Below are positions 42,401 to 55,122 of a stretch of DNA of 64,000 bases, piece after piece. This stretch comes from Epiperipatus broadwayi (lineage: Eukaryota > Animalia > Onychophora): NCBI GenBank assembly GCA_028023455.1, contig JAQFVV010000003.1:27032001-27096000 (forward strand), in the 5' to 3' direction. The notes under the pieces were generated by a model that did not search any database, had not been told where the DNA came from, and saw only the letters and a program-made list of their open reading frames with translations. How positions within the stretch are numbered: position 1 is the stretch's first letter; the number at the start of each line of letters is the position of its first letter. The position numbers and the translations under genes are program-made.

Positions 42401-43430
42401 AAAAGACATTCAATTTTGTAATGTATTTCCAAAGTAATTCAAATTTTAAACTACCAAGATATCAAAGTGTAATAGCAGTTATTAGATTACATAGTGAAAA
42501 TAAAAATATTAACATTAATGAGAATGTATGACATGGTGATTCCGTTTCTTCTAAACATTTTATAATAGTTTTACAAAAAGAAATTTATGAAATAAAATAG
42601 GAAGCTGAGAGAATAAAAATACATGGATTTTATTTATATCATCTATACTTTGCAAATGATGTGGTTGGTTTTACAAATAATGTTTTGGACTTTTAGAAAA
42701 CATTATAAGATTACAAAGAAATCAAGCCATATGTCACATGATCTAATTTAACGAGCTTGTATTACAAATACAATAATATAACATTATAATATAACATTAT
42801 AAGAGTTATCAGATGAAAATAAAAAAATAAAGATTAAAGTTAAATGGTAAAATAAAACAACTAAAGTAACATTCAATGAATTTTAACAGAAGATGAATTA
42901 GAAGTTAACAATTACTAATACCTTGGTCTGATTATTAATATAATGAAAAAAAATAATGGATGAAATTATTTGTGGTAAAAATAACTTAATATTAAAAAGA
43001 ATCATAACTTTGTATTTGAAAAAGGTTTTAATAGATTTATCACTTCTTACATATGGATCTAAAATTTAGCCACCTAACATAATAGTAATACAGAAAATTC
43101 AGAGTAACCAACAAAATATGGAAAGATGTAGGTTGAAAATAACAAGAACAGATCAAAAGTGAAGAACACAAGTTAGCAAACAAATAAATCATTGACAAAA
43201 TTAAGAAATTGGAATGAAACTGGACTGGATAAATTGCTAGAAGAGATGATAATAGATGAACAGGTGAAATCTTAAGTTGGATACTAACAGATTGTAAAAG
43301 ACCTAGACAAAACCCACATATGAGAATGAATGGCTGAAATAAAGAAATTTTCTAGGTAATGTGGAGTAGAGAAGCTATGAATTAGAAAGATCAAATAAAA
43401 CTTCAAGAGTTCTTCATCTTGCAATAGACT
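39480..43430 (+). mobile_element. Decayed RTE-clade LINE, interrupted by a PLE at 40603-41807
   Basis: EN-like ELEGELSNTKWDTNGLYEIRKK; RT-like HIQVLGKVIENTNKYELPLCFRFVDHEKTF and FANDVV; C-terminal WNWTG*IARRDDNR...WILTDCKRPR. Confidence 0.75.
40603..41807 (-). mobile_element. Penelope-like element remnant with GIY-YIG endonuclease and inverted terminal repeat
   Basis: 41000-41221 (-): VYKIRCNFCNMVYYAQMAKQLGERVKEHNDAIARRDDRSALYIHYLQYGYKINCIDNISIL. About 40603-41105 is inverted at about 41260-41752. A 14-bp direct repeat AAAGTCTCAAAAGT lies at 40589-40602 and 41808-41821. Confidence 0.9.
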
Positions 43431-43617
43431 GGTGATCAAAAATGAAGATGACATATTTTTTACTATGCTGAATAAAATATGATTTTTTTTTGCAGAGATT
43501 GTTTGGGTTTGCAATGAAAATGCTCTTTACTTACAATGGGCCAGAAATCCTATTACATCAGCAGCAAGAGATGCTGAATAAAATTAGAGAAGGCATATTT
43601 TTTATTTATTATAAAAC

Positions 43618-44104
43618 CATTTAACACCACATGATCACCATTTCTTATGCTTGCTCATAACTGTTATTAAAACGGGCAAAACTCTCCATACAGTAGTGCC
43701 ACTCAGTTCAAGCCAGAGTAATCAATGGATGCCAGAAGGCTTGTGCATAAAATCCTTATCTAGTGCCTACTCATCCAATATCCCCAGACTAGTTTGTGGC
43801 TTGCGGCCTTTGTCAGTGAAGAGCCTTGGATCTGAGAGCACTGCTCTCAGATCCAAGGCTCCTCACTGATGAAGACCACAAGTATATGGCTCTCAGATCC
43901 AAGGCTCTTCACTGATGAATGCAACAAGCCAGAAACTAGTCTGGGGATATTGAATGAGTAGGCCTAGATAGGAATTTTATGCACAAGCCTTCTGGCATCC
44001 ATTGATTACTCTAGATTGCTGTGTGTGGCAATATGTATAGTGAGTTTTGCCTGTTTTAACAACAGTTATGCACAAGCATATGAGGTGGTGGTCATGTGTT
44101 GTTT
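43618..44104. mobile_element. Fold-back element, family B, with nested inner hairpin and several hammerhead cores
   Basis: About 190-bp outer arms; inner palindrome 43814-43870; CTGATGA at 43866 and 43912; GAAACTAGTC at 43932-43941. Confidence 0.85.
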
Positions 44105-44927
44105 ATGTACAATATTAACCAATAAAAGATTGGATAGATTTATATTACAATAATTCTAATTCCACCAATAAAATTTGCTATTAATTTGGTAAATACAGAT
44201 ATTATGCTTCTTTGTTTCAATTTGGTAAACTTATAAATAAATTATAACCATAAACACTTCAAATTTTAAATGGTTCAATTGTGACTTCATGCCATATTAT
44301 CTCTTCTATGGGTAATCATTATCCATAGGGAACAGTACCGTTCTAGATTATTTATGGATATTTTCATAATTACATGAAAAACTAAATCAATATCTATCCA
44401 CAATCTATTTAATATCATAAATTAACAAAGATTCATTAGTTCCAATTTTTTTAATTTTAACCCACTGCGCAAACATATAGCATGGATGATAACTTAACTC
44501 TTTCATTATATATTTTTTCTACTTTACCAATAGATATTAGTTTTGAAGAATACCACAGTTCATCTCACCTGTTATGATAAATTTCCACAAATGATTTTAT
44601 TCTAACCATCTTTACTCTTTTTTAAAAAAATAGAAATTATCCTTACAGCAACACTACTTCTCTTTTTTGCACTTTTTCGTGCAACTTAATTTTCTTTCCT
44701 TTCCTTTTAATTCATTGTTTATTAAAGTAAGGAACTTTAATGAAAGCTGCAGATTCAACTGAAACAAAAGGAAATAAAAGTACTTAAAAAGACATGTGTT
44801 GTTGTTGTTTTAAATTAGGTTATAAAGAGATGGTGAAGACATTCAATCAATAATTATTCTTATTATTTATAAAGATTTTCTTTACAGACATGCAAATTTT
44901 AATGTTAAAAATTAAAATGATAATCAA

Positions 44928-44999
44928 GCGTTGGTGGTCTAGTGGTTAGCATAGCTGCCTTCCAAGCAGTTGGCCCGGGTTTGCTTCCCAGTCAACACA
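44928..44999 (+). pseudogene. tRNA-Gly(TCC)-like sequence, probably a pseudogene or little-diverged SINE head
   Basis: GCGTTGGTGGTCTAGTGGTTAGCATAGCTGCC-TTCCAA-GCAGTTGGCCCGGGTTTGCTTCCCAGTCAACACA closely follows metazoan tRNA-Gly-TCC. The T-loop/B-box is altered (TTTGCTT) and the 3' acceptor strand is mismatched. It is followed by ttgacat like the SINE copies. Confidence 0.75.
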
Positions 45000-45230
45000 T
45001 TTGACATATAAAATATAAAAAAATTAAAATGGTAAATAATAATTTTTTAAATGACTTGTTTGTAAAAAGTCCTACTCTGAATCAGGTCTAATATACAATG
45101 AAATGTACAAACTCTAAGGTGGCAGAAAATAATTTAGAAAAAAAATTCAGCATTTGCAGTTTTAAAAAACTTAAATTACAGTCACTAAATTGATTTTTAG
45201 ATAAAATTTAAAACACTGAAAAATTCTTAC

Positions 45231-45414
45231 TTCCCAGATTCATTTTTCCCTCCAATAACATAAATATTCCCTAAAAGTGGAGATGCAGAATGAAATATTC
45301 TTGCTTCAAACAAAGATTCTACTTCTGACCATTTGTTAATCATTGGATTAAAGCAATAAACTGACCTCAAAGGTGTTTCTACATTATTAATGTCTTTTCG
45401 AGGATCACAACCAC
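45231..45414 (-). CDS. Internal exon of a kelch-repeat protein (scruin-like)
   Basis: Reads (G)GCDPRKDINNVETPLRSVYCFNPMINKWSEVESLFEARIFHSASPLLGNIYVIGGKNESG(K), with the kelch GG...Y/F..P...W...R..H....IYVIGG pattern. Canonical acceptor (ttgatttcag) at 45415-45416 and donor (gtaaga) at 45230; 184 nt, phase 1 to phase 2. The scruin resemblance is from memory, not from a search. Confidence 0.85.
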
Positions 45415-48400
45415 CTGAAATCAAAAATACAATGTTAATAAGCAATCGTAATATAATTGATATAAATATATGTTATTATAAAAGAATATTATCAACTTAT
45501 CCTTATTTATGTATTGATAAAATTATAAAAAAAATTAAACAAATTCACCTTTCTTATTACTTTTTCAATGCTTATTTTATTAAAATTAATCAATCTGACA
45601 ATTTTGATTGACCAGCAATCTTTTTCAGAGCTATAGGATATATATAAATACATGAATGTGCAAATAGTTAATCATATATACAAACAACATTATATTTCCT
45701 TGTAAGTGGTCATTATTTTTATCTTATTCCATATGTATAAAACAATATTTTTTAATTAACAGATATTTTATTTGTATTACATATATATATATATATTCAG
45801 CACTTGTATTATACATACATAGTGAAGCGTTCTGCCCATCTGACTAGGTCTCTGCTACACATAAAATGTGTGAGTTGATCAAGTTATGGAAAAAGAAGAA
45901 AGTTTCATTCCTATTCCTAAAAACATAACTATATTTCCTGATCAACTTTACCTAGTAATTGTTACGATTTATGCTATCAATGGAATCAGCTTTTATTTCT
46001 TTTATAAGGGTGCCAGGATTCATATAGGAATCCACTGAAATCTGTCGCATCACGTCTCGAAAATTAAAAAGAAAAATGCTTTTAAAAGAATCGGTATCAT
46101 ATTTCACCGTAACTAGAGTTATTTTCTAGATATTATTATTCCTGGAGCTTAGTCAACACATATTGGCAATGGTAATATTATATTTTCAAATCTTACTAAA
46201 CTAATATTAATAAATTTAATAATAATCATCAATAATGTACAAATGAAAAGTTGATATTAGAAATAAATATTTTTATTCTAACAAATTAAAATGTTTAAAG
46301 ATAAATTACTAATTAAATAAAACTGGAGAGAACACATGCTAATTCAAATAATGAATCAATTAATTAAAAAAACAGTTAAAGTTCTTAGGTAAACAAGAGT
46401 CTCTTGAACAATAAAATTAAAGTCTCTATCAGGATTATTTTCAACTTTTTTTTTTTTTAGAGTTGTTTGCAAACTTTAAGTCACAATCAGGCAAAGTTAC
46501 TCTTAGCTTACCAAGTTCACGAAGCTTGTAAATTACTATGCATAGTTTTTTTTGTGGGAGAATGAGCTCGGCCATCGGTTTAAGTTGATCTTGGTCTATC
46601 CTACTGTTTGGTCACAAAAGCTTTTCTGGTGTAGAGTGGTCCTGGATATATTTTTGTTATCCAGGACCAACCATAGGAAAAACAGACAAAACAAGATGTT
46701 GATCTAACTGGTCTCTTCCTTTTTATATTCAGGGTCCAGTTTTCAGACTTCTGCGCATACCTTTTGTTTGTCAAAAATACAGGTTGATAATCTTGTGTAT
46801 TCTTTTGTATTTTTCAGTTACAAAGTCTTTATTTTTTAGCATAATTCTGCCATCTTTAATTAGCTAAAATATTTTTCTTTTAGCTTATCTGGATTATTAA
46901 TTTGTGTGTCCTTTGTTCTCTCCAATTTTTTACTTTTATTTTTAATTAGATAAAAAAAAATATGGACAAAAAATTTAACTTTCATTGTACGTTTTAAAAA
47001 AATAAACTATACAAACTAAAAAAAATTAAATTTCGTCTTTTTAATAAGATCACTAAATTTACTTTTTCTTCTTAGCTTTTAAATATCTTACCGAATGCCA
47101 ATGTATTTGTACCATATATAAATAAACGATACAATATATTATCTCCATTTATATACAATATATAAATAAGTACTTCTGCAAAATTTTGTGATATAGATAT
47201 AGTATAAATTTTGAGAATATTAGTGTATGCATATATGTTTAAGGTATATATGTATATATTTGGCATATATATCGAATGTAGTATTTGTTTATGTATTGTA
47301 TATAAATGGGGATAATATGTTATAACCTCATCTGATTTTACAGGCATTGCTTTTATATAAATATTTTTCTTTATTATGTATAACAAAATATTAAAAGTTA
47401 TATATATAGAATAAATTTTAAAATATTTTTAAAATAACAATAAGTGTAAAGATAAAATGTATTTTTATTTTATTTCTTTAAAATAAAGAATATTTTTTTA
47501 AAACAAAACATTGCTATGGGAACCAACAGAAGCTTTTTAAAATCATCTGCATTCCAAGAAATGGTGGGAATAATTGTAGCTATTTTTTCATCATATCTTT
47601 TACTGAATAGAAGTCAAATATTTTAAAAAGAATTTTTAAGTTAATATCATGCATTTATGAAATAAAGAATCCTCCAGAATACTTTGCCTGATCTTTTCAG
47701 TATTATAGCTGAATATGGAGCCAAAGGCCAAGAAATGCCTTAAAATTAACTTTGACTCTGACAATCTATTCCTCACTATTCAATGCTGAAGAAATATTTG
47801 CCATTTGTTTACTACAAAAAGAAAACTAGCAATCTAAAGTGATTATCTCATAGAAATATACTTCTATAATTAATCCGTGATTCTATCTATTTTAAATGTT
47901 CGGAGGAAAATTATAATGGCAACTTTCATAGAAAAACTGCCATGGAATTACCCAAAAGAAGCTAAAATGTTGTATTGTAAGCAAACATTTAAATTTTATA
48001 GATTAATGGCCATATTCCCATATTTACAGATACAAAAATATATGTGAGCTCACAATGACATTAAGGTAATTAACTGAACTTTCTATAGCTATTCTCAAAG
48101 AGTTATTGTAAGCTACAAAGATTTTTTCTTTCTCACACATGATCATCATATAATTTTTTGATTGTAAATATGTAAATACATTATCATCATCATCATCATA
48201 ATTCTGTTTGTTAAATTAAAGTTATTGGCATAATTAATAATTTTGTCTTGTCATTTCTCATCCGAAGTACAAGCTGATTATATATTTGTCAATTTAATAA
48301 CAGTATTAGATAGAGGGAGTAGCAGTCAGGAAATATAATTGAATGTGCATGGAAATTTGTGTTTATGCATGTTCAGTTTGATCATTGTTTGTGACTATGA

Positions 48401-49874
48401 TTTGTCAATTAAAAATAAATTGTATGTAGTCACTCCACCATGTACACAATTAATTTGCAAATATTATATTTTTTCATTTTATTGTTAACTTGATTATTGC
48501 CAATTATTTAAAAGGAAGGTTATCGGTACAATATGTATGTATATTAAGGAATATATATATAATTATATATGTAATAAGATATAAAAAATGAAACATTTAC
48601 AAAGAGATATAATGTTTTTTATATGATTAACTATTTGTGTATTCATGTATTTATATATATTTTATAGCTCTGAAGAAGATTTCTGGTCAATCAAAATTGT
48701 CAAATTGATTAATTTTAATAAAATAAGCATTGAAAAACTAATAAGAAAGGTGGCTTTGTTTAATTTTTTAATATAATAGAACTAATATGGTCATAATTTT
48801 CACTTTAAACACAGACAAGTTTTAAAAAAATAAACTTAATAATGAAATAATCTTATTAAAAATATTAATACATACTATAAGATATAAATTGGTACCAATA
48901 CTGTAAAAAAAAAACACAATTATATATATAATGATTTTTTTTTAATGATATCTGAAATTTTAACTACTTTTAAAAAGATTTACCTGTGACCTATTTTCAA
49001 AGGTTTTTTTTTTTTTAAAATGGATATTTTATCAAATAATAATTATGTAACGCAACTAATAATAAATTGCAAAAACAAAAAGCAAGAATTTACTGATCTG
49101 TAAATTGAGAGCTTTCTTTTCTTAATTATTAAAAGTAACAATTTTTAAAATCTTAACATTTTTTTCTTTTAAAAAGAGTCAATAAAAGTTTTTATTATTA
49201 TTCATAATTGCCAAATATTTGGCAATAAATTTGAAATATAAAAAAATCAGAGAAAAAAGCTATGAAATATAACAAACAAATATTTCAGTAACACTTTTAG
49301 CTTAAATTATTATTAGATTATTAAATAATTATTATATTATCATTACTATTTCAATAAAAGCAATATACTGTATATTTATAAAGATAAAAACAATCTTAAA
49401 TATGCTAATATTGGTCTAAGGCTATCTTAGAATTCCTCTGCATCATAACAAAAAATATCTTACTCATCAGACTAAGAGGTTAGCACAATAAAGCTTCATA
49501 CCCATTTACTAACTAATAATTGTATGGCTAATTAGTTTGCTATGTGCCTGCTATTGAAAAAAATATTCTAAACTCTCTAAGAAATATTCAGAGCCTCCAA
49601 AGTCAGACTAATGATTACCATGCATACATAATTTATTTTTTAATATTGTTTTTATTTGTAATTTTTTAAAAAGTTATTTACACTTTATGATTTGTATTCA
49701 ATCTATGCAAGGTCAAAAAGATAAATAAATATTTATTTTTAAAAAATACAAAATATTAGCAATTGAAAAAGTTGTAAATCTAAACATGAGTATTATGTTT
49801 TATTTATATGTTGGACTATTTCCATCATCTAATACGAGTATTGAATGTCTTTAGACAAATTTAATTTAATTTAA

Positions 49875-50215
49875 ACATCCCACATACATTCTAACTGTTA
49901 GTAATAGCACACAGGTTAGTATATACATAACGTTTCGAGAGGCATTATTCTCTCTTCTTTTTTAGGTGTTGTTGGCCTGACTAGTGACAGTACTAGCATG
50001 GAATTCGAACCTGGACCCTTAGACTCTTGAGTATTGAATGTTAAAGTAACACTCTAACCAATTGAGCAAGGGTACAAGTTCGAATTCCATGCTAGTACTG
50101 TTACTGATCAGGCCAGAAACACCTGAAGAAGAGGGGAGAATAATGCCTCTCAAGATGTTGTGCATTCACTAACCTGTTTGATATTCTATTACTAACAGAT
50201 GAATGTATTTGGAAT
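49875..50215. mobile_element. Fold-back element, family C: tRNA-like head plus hammerhead-like tail
   Basis: Arms about 49884-50020 and 50068-50208. Minus strand begins GCTCAATTGGTTAGAGTGTT (A box)...GGTTCGAATTCC (B box); consensus of the arms gives CTGAAGA-A-GAG(G/A)G..CTCTC-GAAAC-GTT. Confidence 0.8.
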
Positions 50216-51429
50216 ATTTAAATAAAATTAAGTTTTTCTAAAAACATTCAACATTCATATTAGATTATGGGAATAGTCCAAGATATAAATACAATTAAAA
50301 CACCATCATCACAAACCTACAGGAAAACATAACATGAGTATTATATAGCTTAAATGTGTTTTTTTTTTTTTTTGTTTAAAATTTTTAATTTGCAACAGAT
50401 TGTAAATGATTAAATATTTTTAGGCTTTTTTCATTTTTAGCTAAATCACAAAAACTACATGTAATATTCACTCCATGCTCACTGCCTTTGTTACCAAGTC
50501 TTTCTCAAGGATCATAACAAACCCTTTATAATGTAAATGTTTACCATACATCAGAGAAAGAAACTATTAATGTCTAAGTGATTATCACAGTAATGCAACA
50601 ATAGACTGGATAATAATATCAGTAAGCACAAAACTTAAATCAGCAGAGATGTTCCCATAGCCTCACTCATCAGTTTGTAATCTAATTTACAAAGGGAGAA
50701 TTAATTCCTACTCATTTTAATAATCTAGAATAAAAATAAGAACTATCATATACTTATCATTAAGTTAAACAGCATTAAATAATATGTATAATAATCAGAG
50801 AGATAAAATTTCTAAATTTTGATGCTCAGTCATAATAATGCAATACCCTCCAATGTTAAAACTATAAATATAATGAAAGAAAATGAATTCACTTAAATCT
50901 TATTACTGAACTATTATATGAATATTTAGACCACACAATATCACCAGTGAATGTGAATTTTAAATCAGCAGAGATGTTTAATTTAACCTTAAATATATGT
51001 TTAACATATATAAGTATGTATAAACTCTATGATACAATTTAATTTTAAAAATTTGTATGTTAAAACATTAATGTAAAAAAAGAAGATATAAATCTAAAGA
51101 CAGAAAAGAAATAAGTGAATACTGAGTACAAAAGATGAAAAAATGATTGAAAGATAATTCAGGATATGATCATGCAGAAGGCATGTAAATAAAATTTTTA
51201 AATATAAATTTATTAACTTCTATTTTTTTAACATTTTCTTTCATATTTTTTAAACTATGGGTGAATAGAAATTCTGGATCGTAAATCTATAGATATAATG
51301 GAAGAACTGAATGCAGAACACATAACAATTGAAAATCAAAAGTGATTAAAGTGTACAAATATATTTATATTTAAAATATTGTCATAACATTTTTATATGT
51401 GTGCATTTAAAGATAAAAACAATATAACA

Positions 51430-51745
51430 TTAAAAGAAAAATTGATAAAAATGAAATATTAAGCATACTGACCTCATTGAAAAAATTAAAAGATTGAAGT
51501 GGAGTTGGGCTGGACATATTGCTAAAAGAAATGATAATAGATTGATAATTGAAATCTTAAACTGGATTCCAAGAGATTGTAAAAGACCCAGAAAGAGACC
51601 ACATGTGAGATGGATGGATGAAATAAGACAGTGTGCAGGTGTGATGTGGAGAAGAGAAGCTAAAAATCAGAGAAGATGGATTGAACTTGGAGAGAGTTTC
51701 ATCCTGCAGTGAATTGATAATGGTTGATGGTGATGATGATATATA
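51430..51745 (+). mobile_element. RTE-clade LINE 3' end
   Basis: LKWSWAGHIAKRNDNRLIIEILNWIPRDCKRPRKRPHVRWMDEI...WIELGESFILQ*, with a (TGA)n-like tail. Confidence 0.9.
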
Positions 51746-53579
51746 TACCTTGATAATGTAGAAACATAACTGGGAATAAATCTTTCACATATATTTTTTT
51801 TTTCTTCTTTTTTTAAAAAAAAGATTTGTTTTATATATAAATATATAAGAAATGAGATTATTATCAAATGAAAAGATACTCTTTGATTTCTCTTTGAAAC
51901 ATTAAAAGATCAGAGTAAGTCCATTCCATAGATTCTTATTATTGCAAATGATATTTCTGTATAATTGCTCATATGGTAAATGAACATGGATTGGCTACTT
52001 ACCAACATGCATCAACCAGCATGATAAATTTATTGGTTTTTTACCTTTTAGTTTAAGATCAAGAAATGTCTTTCTTTTCATTTGCTTGATGATTCTCAAT
52101 TGAAATATCATTTGATTTTTCTTGAAGACAGAATGATCTCATTTTTTATACATAGTTGTAATCATACCAGAAAGAACTAAATTATGGTCTTTATTCCAAA
52201 AAAGATGTAAAGTCACCAGCTAAAACAGCTATTGATGGTGGAAAGCAGAGGATGTCAAGAATACTATGATTATGGATTCAATCTGCCACTCAATGCTGAT
52301 TTTTATTTAGATGCCAACATTGCAGATCATTTTTAAGGGAAGAAAGATTACAAAAATTATATAAAAAACTGTTTAATATTAAATGGAATATTGTTAGATT
52401 TTGTAAATTAGATGAAAAAGTCAAAAGAAAATTGATTTAAAAAGTAGATATGTACTTTATTATGAAGGCACAAATATTGGATGCGCATGTGGAGTGGAAT
52501 TCATTGCAAATTAAGCATGAAAGAACAATATTGTGAAAATTGATGGATATCATACAAAGTGTCAAGATTAGTTACTCAAATTAATGGAAGATATTAGAAT
52601 AATTGATATAAAATAGGTGAAATCAGCAAGAGAATTCAGGAGATTCATACTTGTTTGTTAGAATCACTTTCTAAAAGTTTTATAGTGTGACAAACCAATT
52701 GTTAAAATGATATTTTTAATCGTATTTGGTTGTTTATGTCATAAACTATTATTAGTAAAAGTTTATTCACATAGAAATTCCAAACTATCATAAACTGGTA
52801 AAAGCATGTGCACTATTATTTTACTATTGAGAGTTGTAATGTAGGGATACTAAAATATGTGTGTGCATGCAGTCTGAGATCATTTGAATTGCTGTATGAA
52901 CAAATTTTATATTCTTCATGAAATATATTTTTATTCCCATATGTTCATTATTGTAGTTATAAATTGGTATTTATTATTGACAAAATAAAGCAAGTTTCTA
53001 TTTTGATTGTATATCAATACTATAAGTTCAAATTTTGTCTATAAAAAATTATAATAAAAGAGTGATCACAGATGTGACGTATCCTTAAATGAAATGACTT
53101 GTTTGTCATTGGAATATATAGATATAGTAGAGTATCAATTGTTAAAACTAATACTATCATTTGAAAGTTTATTTATAAAATGATTGCAAACTATAATTAA
53201 TTATCAGAAGCATCTGCCCAATTAATATAGGGTTTGGATTTGAATTATGCACATGTCTCTAATAAATTGGGATTCGTGGGCAAATAAATTTTATATTTTT
53301 TATGAAGTATATTTTTATTCCAATGTGTTTATTATTGTAGTAATAAATTCATGTTTATTATTGACAAAATATAGTGAATTTATATATTCACAATGCATCA
53401 ATAATACAAATACAGGTTTTGTCTATAAAAGTTTATATCAAATGTCCACAAATGTGGGGTGTGGACACAAAATAGTTTTGCTAATTATTTGTCAGACATG
53501 AAGATAACAGTAAACTGAGCTGTCTTCTTAAATTATTTGAATCTCACATGCATAGAATAAATTAGCAAATCAACTTTTT

Positions 53580-55122
53580 AAAAATATATATTACTTTTTA
53601 TAAATCGCCACATATACACTTTAATGCAATTTTTTTATATAATTCCTTTAATTTTCTAACAGTTTTGACCGTCCTGCAGTCTTCATCAGAGCATTTGCAT
53701 AACCTCCCCCTTTCTTTTTAAATTTATAAATTTAAAAAACAGTACTCATACTTATGACATCCAACCTGCTTGATGGCATTGTTCTTCCAACAAAACATAT
53801 CGATATAATGTTACCAGGAGCTTACATTTTCTTTAATATTTTAACAAATAAACAATACACAGACAACTCTTTAAAATTACGTTATTTTATTATTTTTTAA
53901 ACTAATGTTATAGATTTTCAATTAAAAAGCAACTTTTTTTTTGTTTTATAATAAATGTTCCTTTATTGTAGGTTTTTTAAAAAAAATAACCAATATTTTT
54001 TTGTTTTCTAAGAAATGTTCGTTTAGATTAGGTTTTTTTTTGGAAAGTAATTGAATATATTTGAAAAATGTTCATTTGTTAATACCATGTTTTTTTCACA
54101 AACGTTGATTTGATTACTTCAAACATAGTTTTATTTTTAATTGATAAACAATGCCTCAATAACCAATTTATTTTTGTTTGGTAATAAATGTTCCTTTATT
54201 TCATGTTTTTTTTCTTTTTTTTTTGCGAACCATAATTTAATATATTAGGCAATAGAGACAGCTTGAACAAATACTTTTCTTCACTAACATTGATTTGATT
54301 AATTCAAACATACTTTTATTTTTGGTTGACAAACAATGCCTGAAGAACCAATTTATTTCTGTTTGGTAATAAATGTTCCTTTATTTAATTTTTTCTTTTT
54401 TGTGAACTAATAATTTAATATATTACACAATAGAGACAGCTTCAATGAAGACTTTTTTTCACAAATAGCCATTTTTTCATCAATGCAAGCTCTTGCAATG
54501 TAAGAGACTTTAGATTCAGGTATGCTGAATCACCACATTTCCCAATTTTAATGCATTTAGGGAGGGTACATTGGGTACAGTATGACAATTTGGAGGACTT
54601 TATAGTAATTCATTTAGATTTGAAAATAATTACTACTGAGTGAAAATTGGTTCACTTTCCGTCACCCTATCATGATAACTTAGCGATATGTTAAGTGTAA
54701 GCATCCATATCAGATGGTAAACAACACATATCAGAGCTGACTGATATGGTAGGCTAAGTGTGAATTGCAAGAGCAATTGATGCCAAAACATGCTGATGCT
54801 GGCCACCATTAGCCAAAAGACTCAATTGCTAGCACTCAATTACTGCTAGCAATTGAGAAGTTGTGCCTGATAAATGGTATTTTCAACTACTTTTGGCTAG
54901 CGACAATGCCATCAAGCAGGATGGATTACCATAAGTATGAGTACCTAAAAAAATTTAAATTTTAAAGTTATAAATTTAAAAAGAAAGGGAAGAAGGGGAA
55001 GGTTATGCAACAAATGCTCTGATGAAGACTGCAGGAGTCAAAACTGTTAGAAAATTTAAGGAATTATATAAAAAAATTGCATTGGAGTGTATATATGGAG
55101 ATTTATAAAAAGTAATATATAT
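53580..55122. mobile_element. Element with about 210-bp inverted termini, family D (PLE-like, hammerhead-like core)
   Basis: 53580-53784 is the reverse complement of 54903-55122; each arm has CTGATGA-A-GACTG-CAGGA-(C/-)(G/A)GTC-AAAAC. An internal tandem of about 185 bp x2 lies at 54095-54465. Confidence 0.8.

Noticed and set aside
44630-44762. Strong acceptor (ttttgtttcag) just downstream of the kelch exon
   Set aside because: The phase-2 frame hits an immediate stop and no kelch motif follows.
46380-46900. Possible L1 endonuclease relic (SRIDQ) on the minus strand
   Set aside because: One short motif among many stops.
47500-48000. Short exon-like frames (KRYDEKIATIIPTISW; MATFIEKLPWNYPKEAK)
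   Set aside because: No compatible donor/acceptor pair and no kelch continuity.
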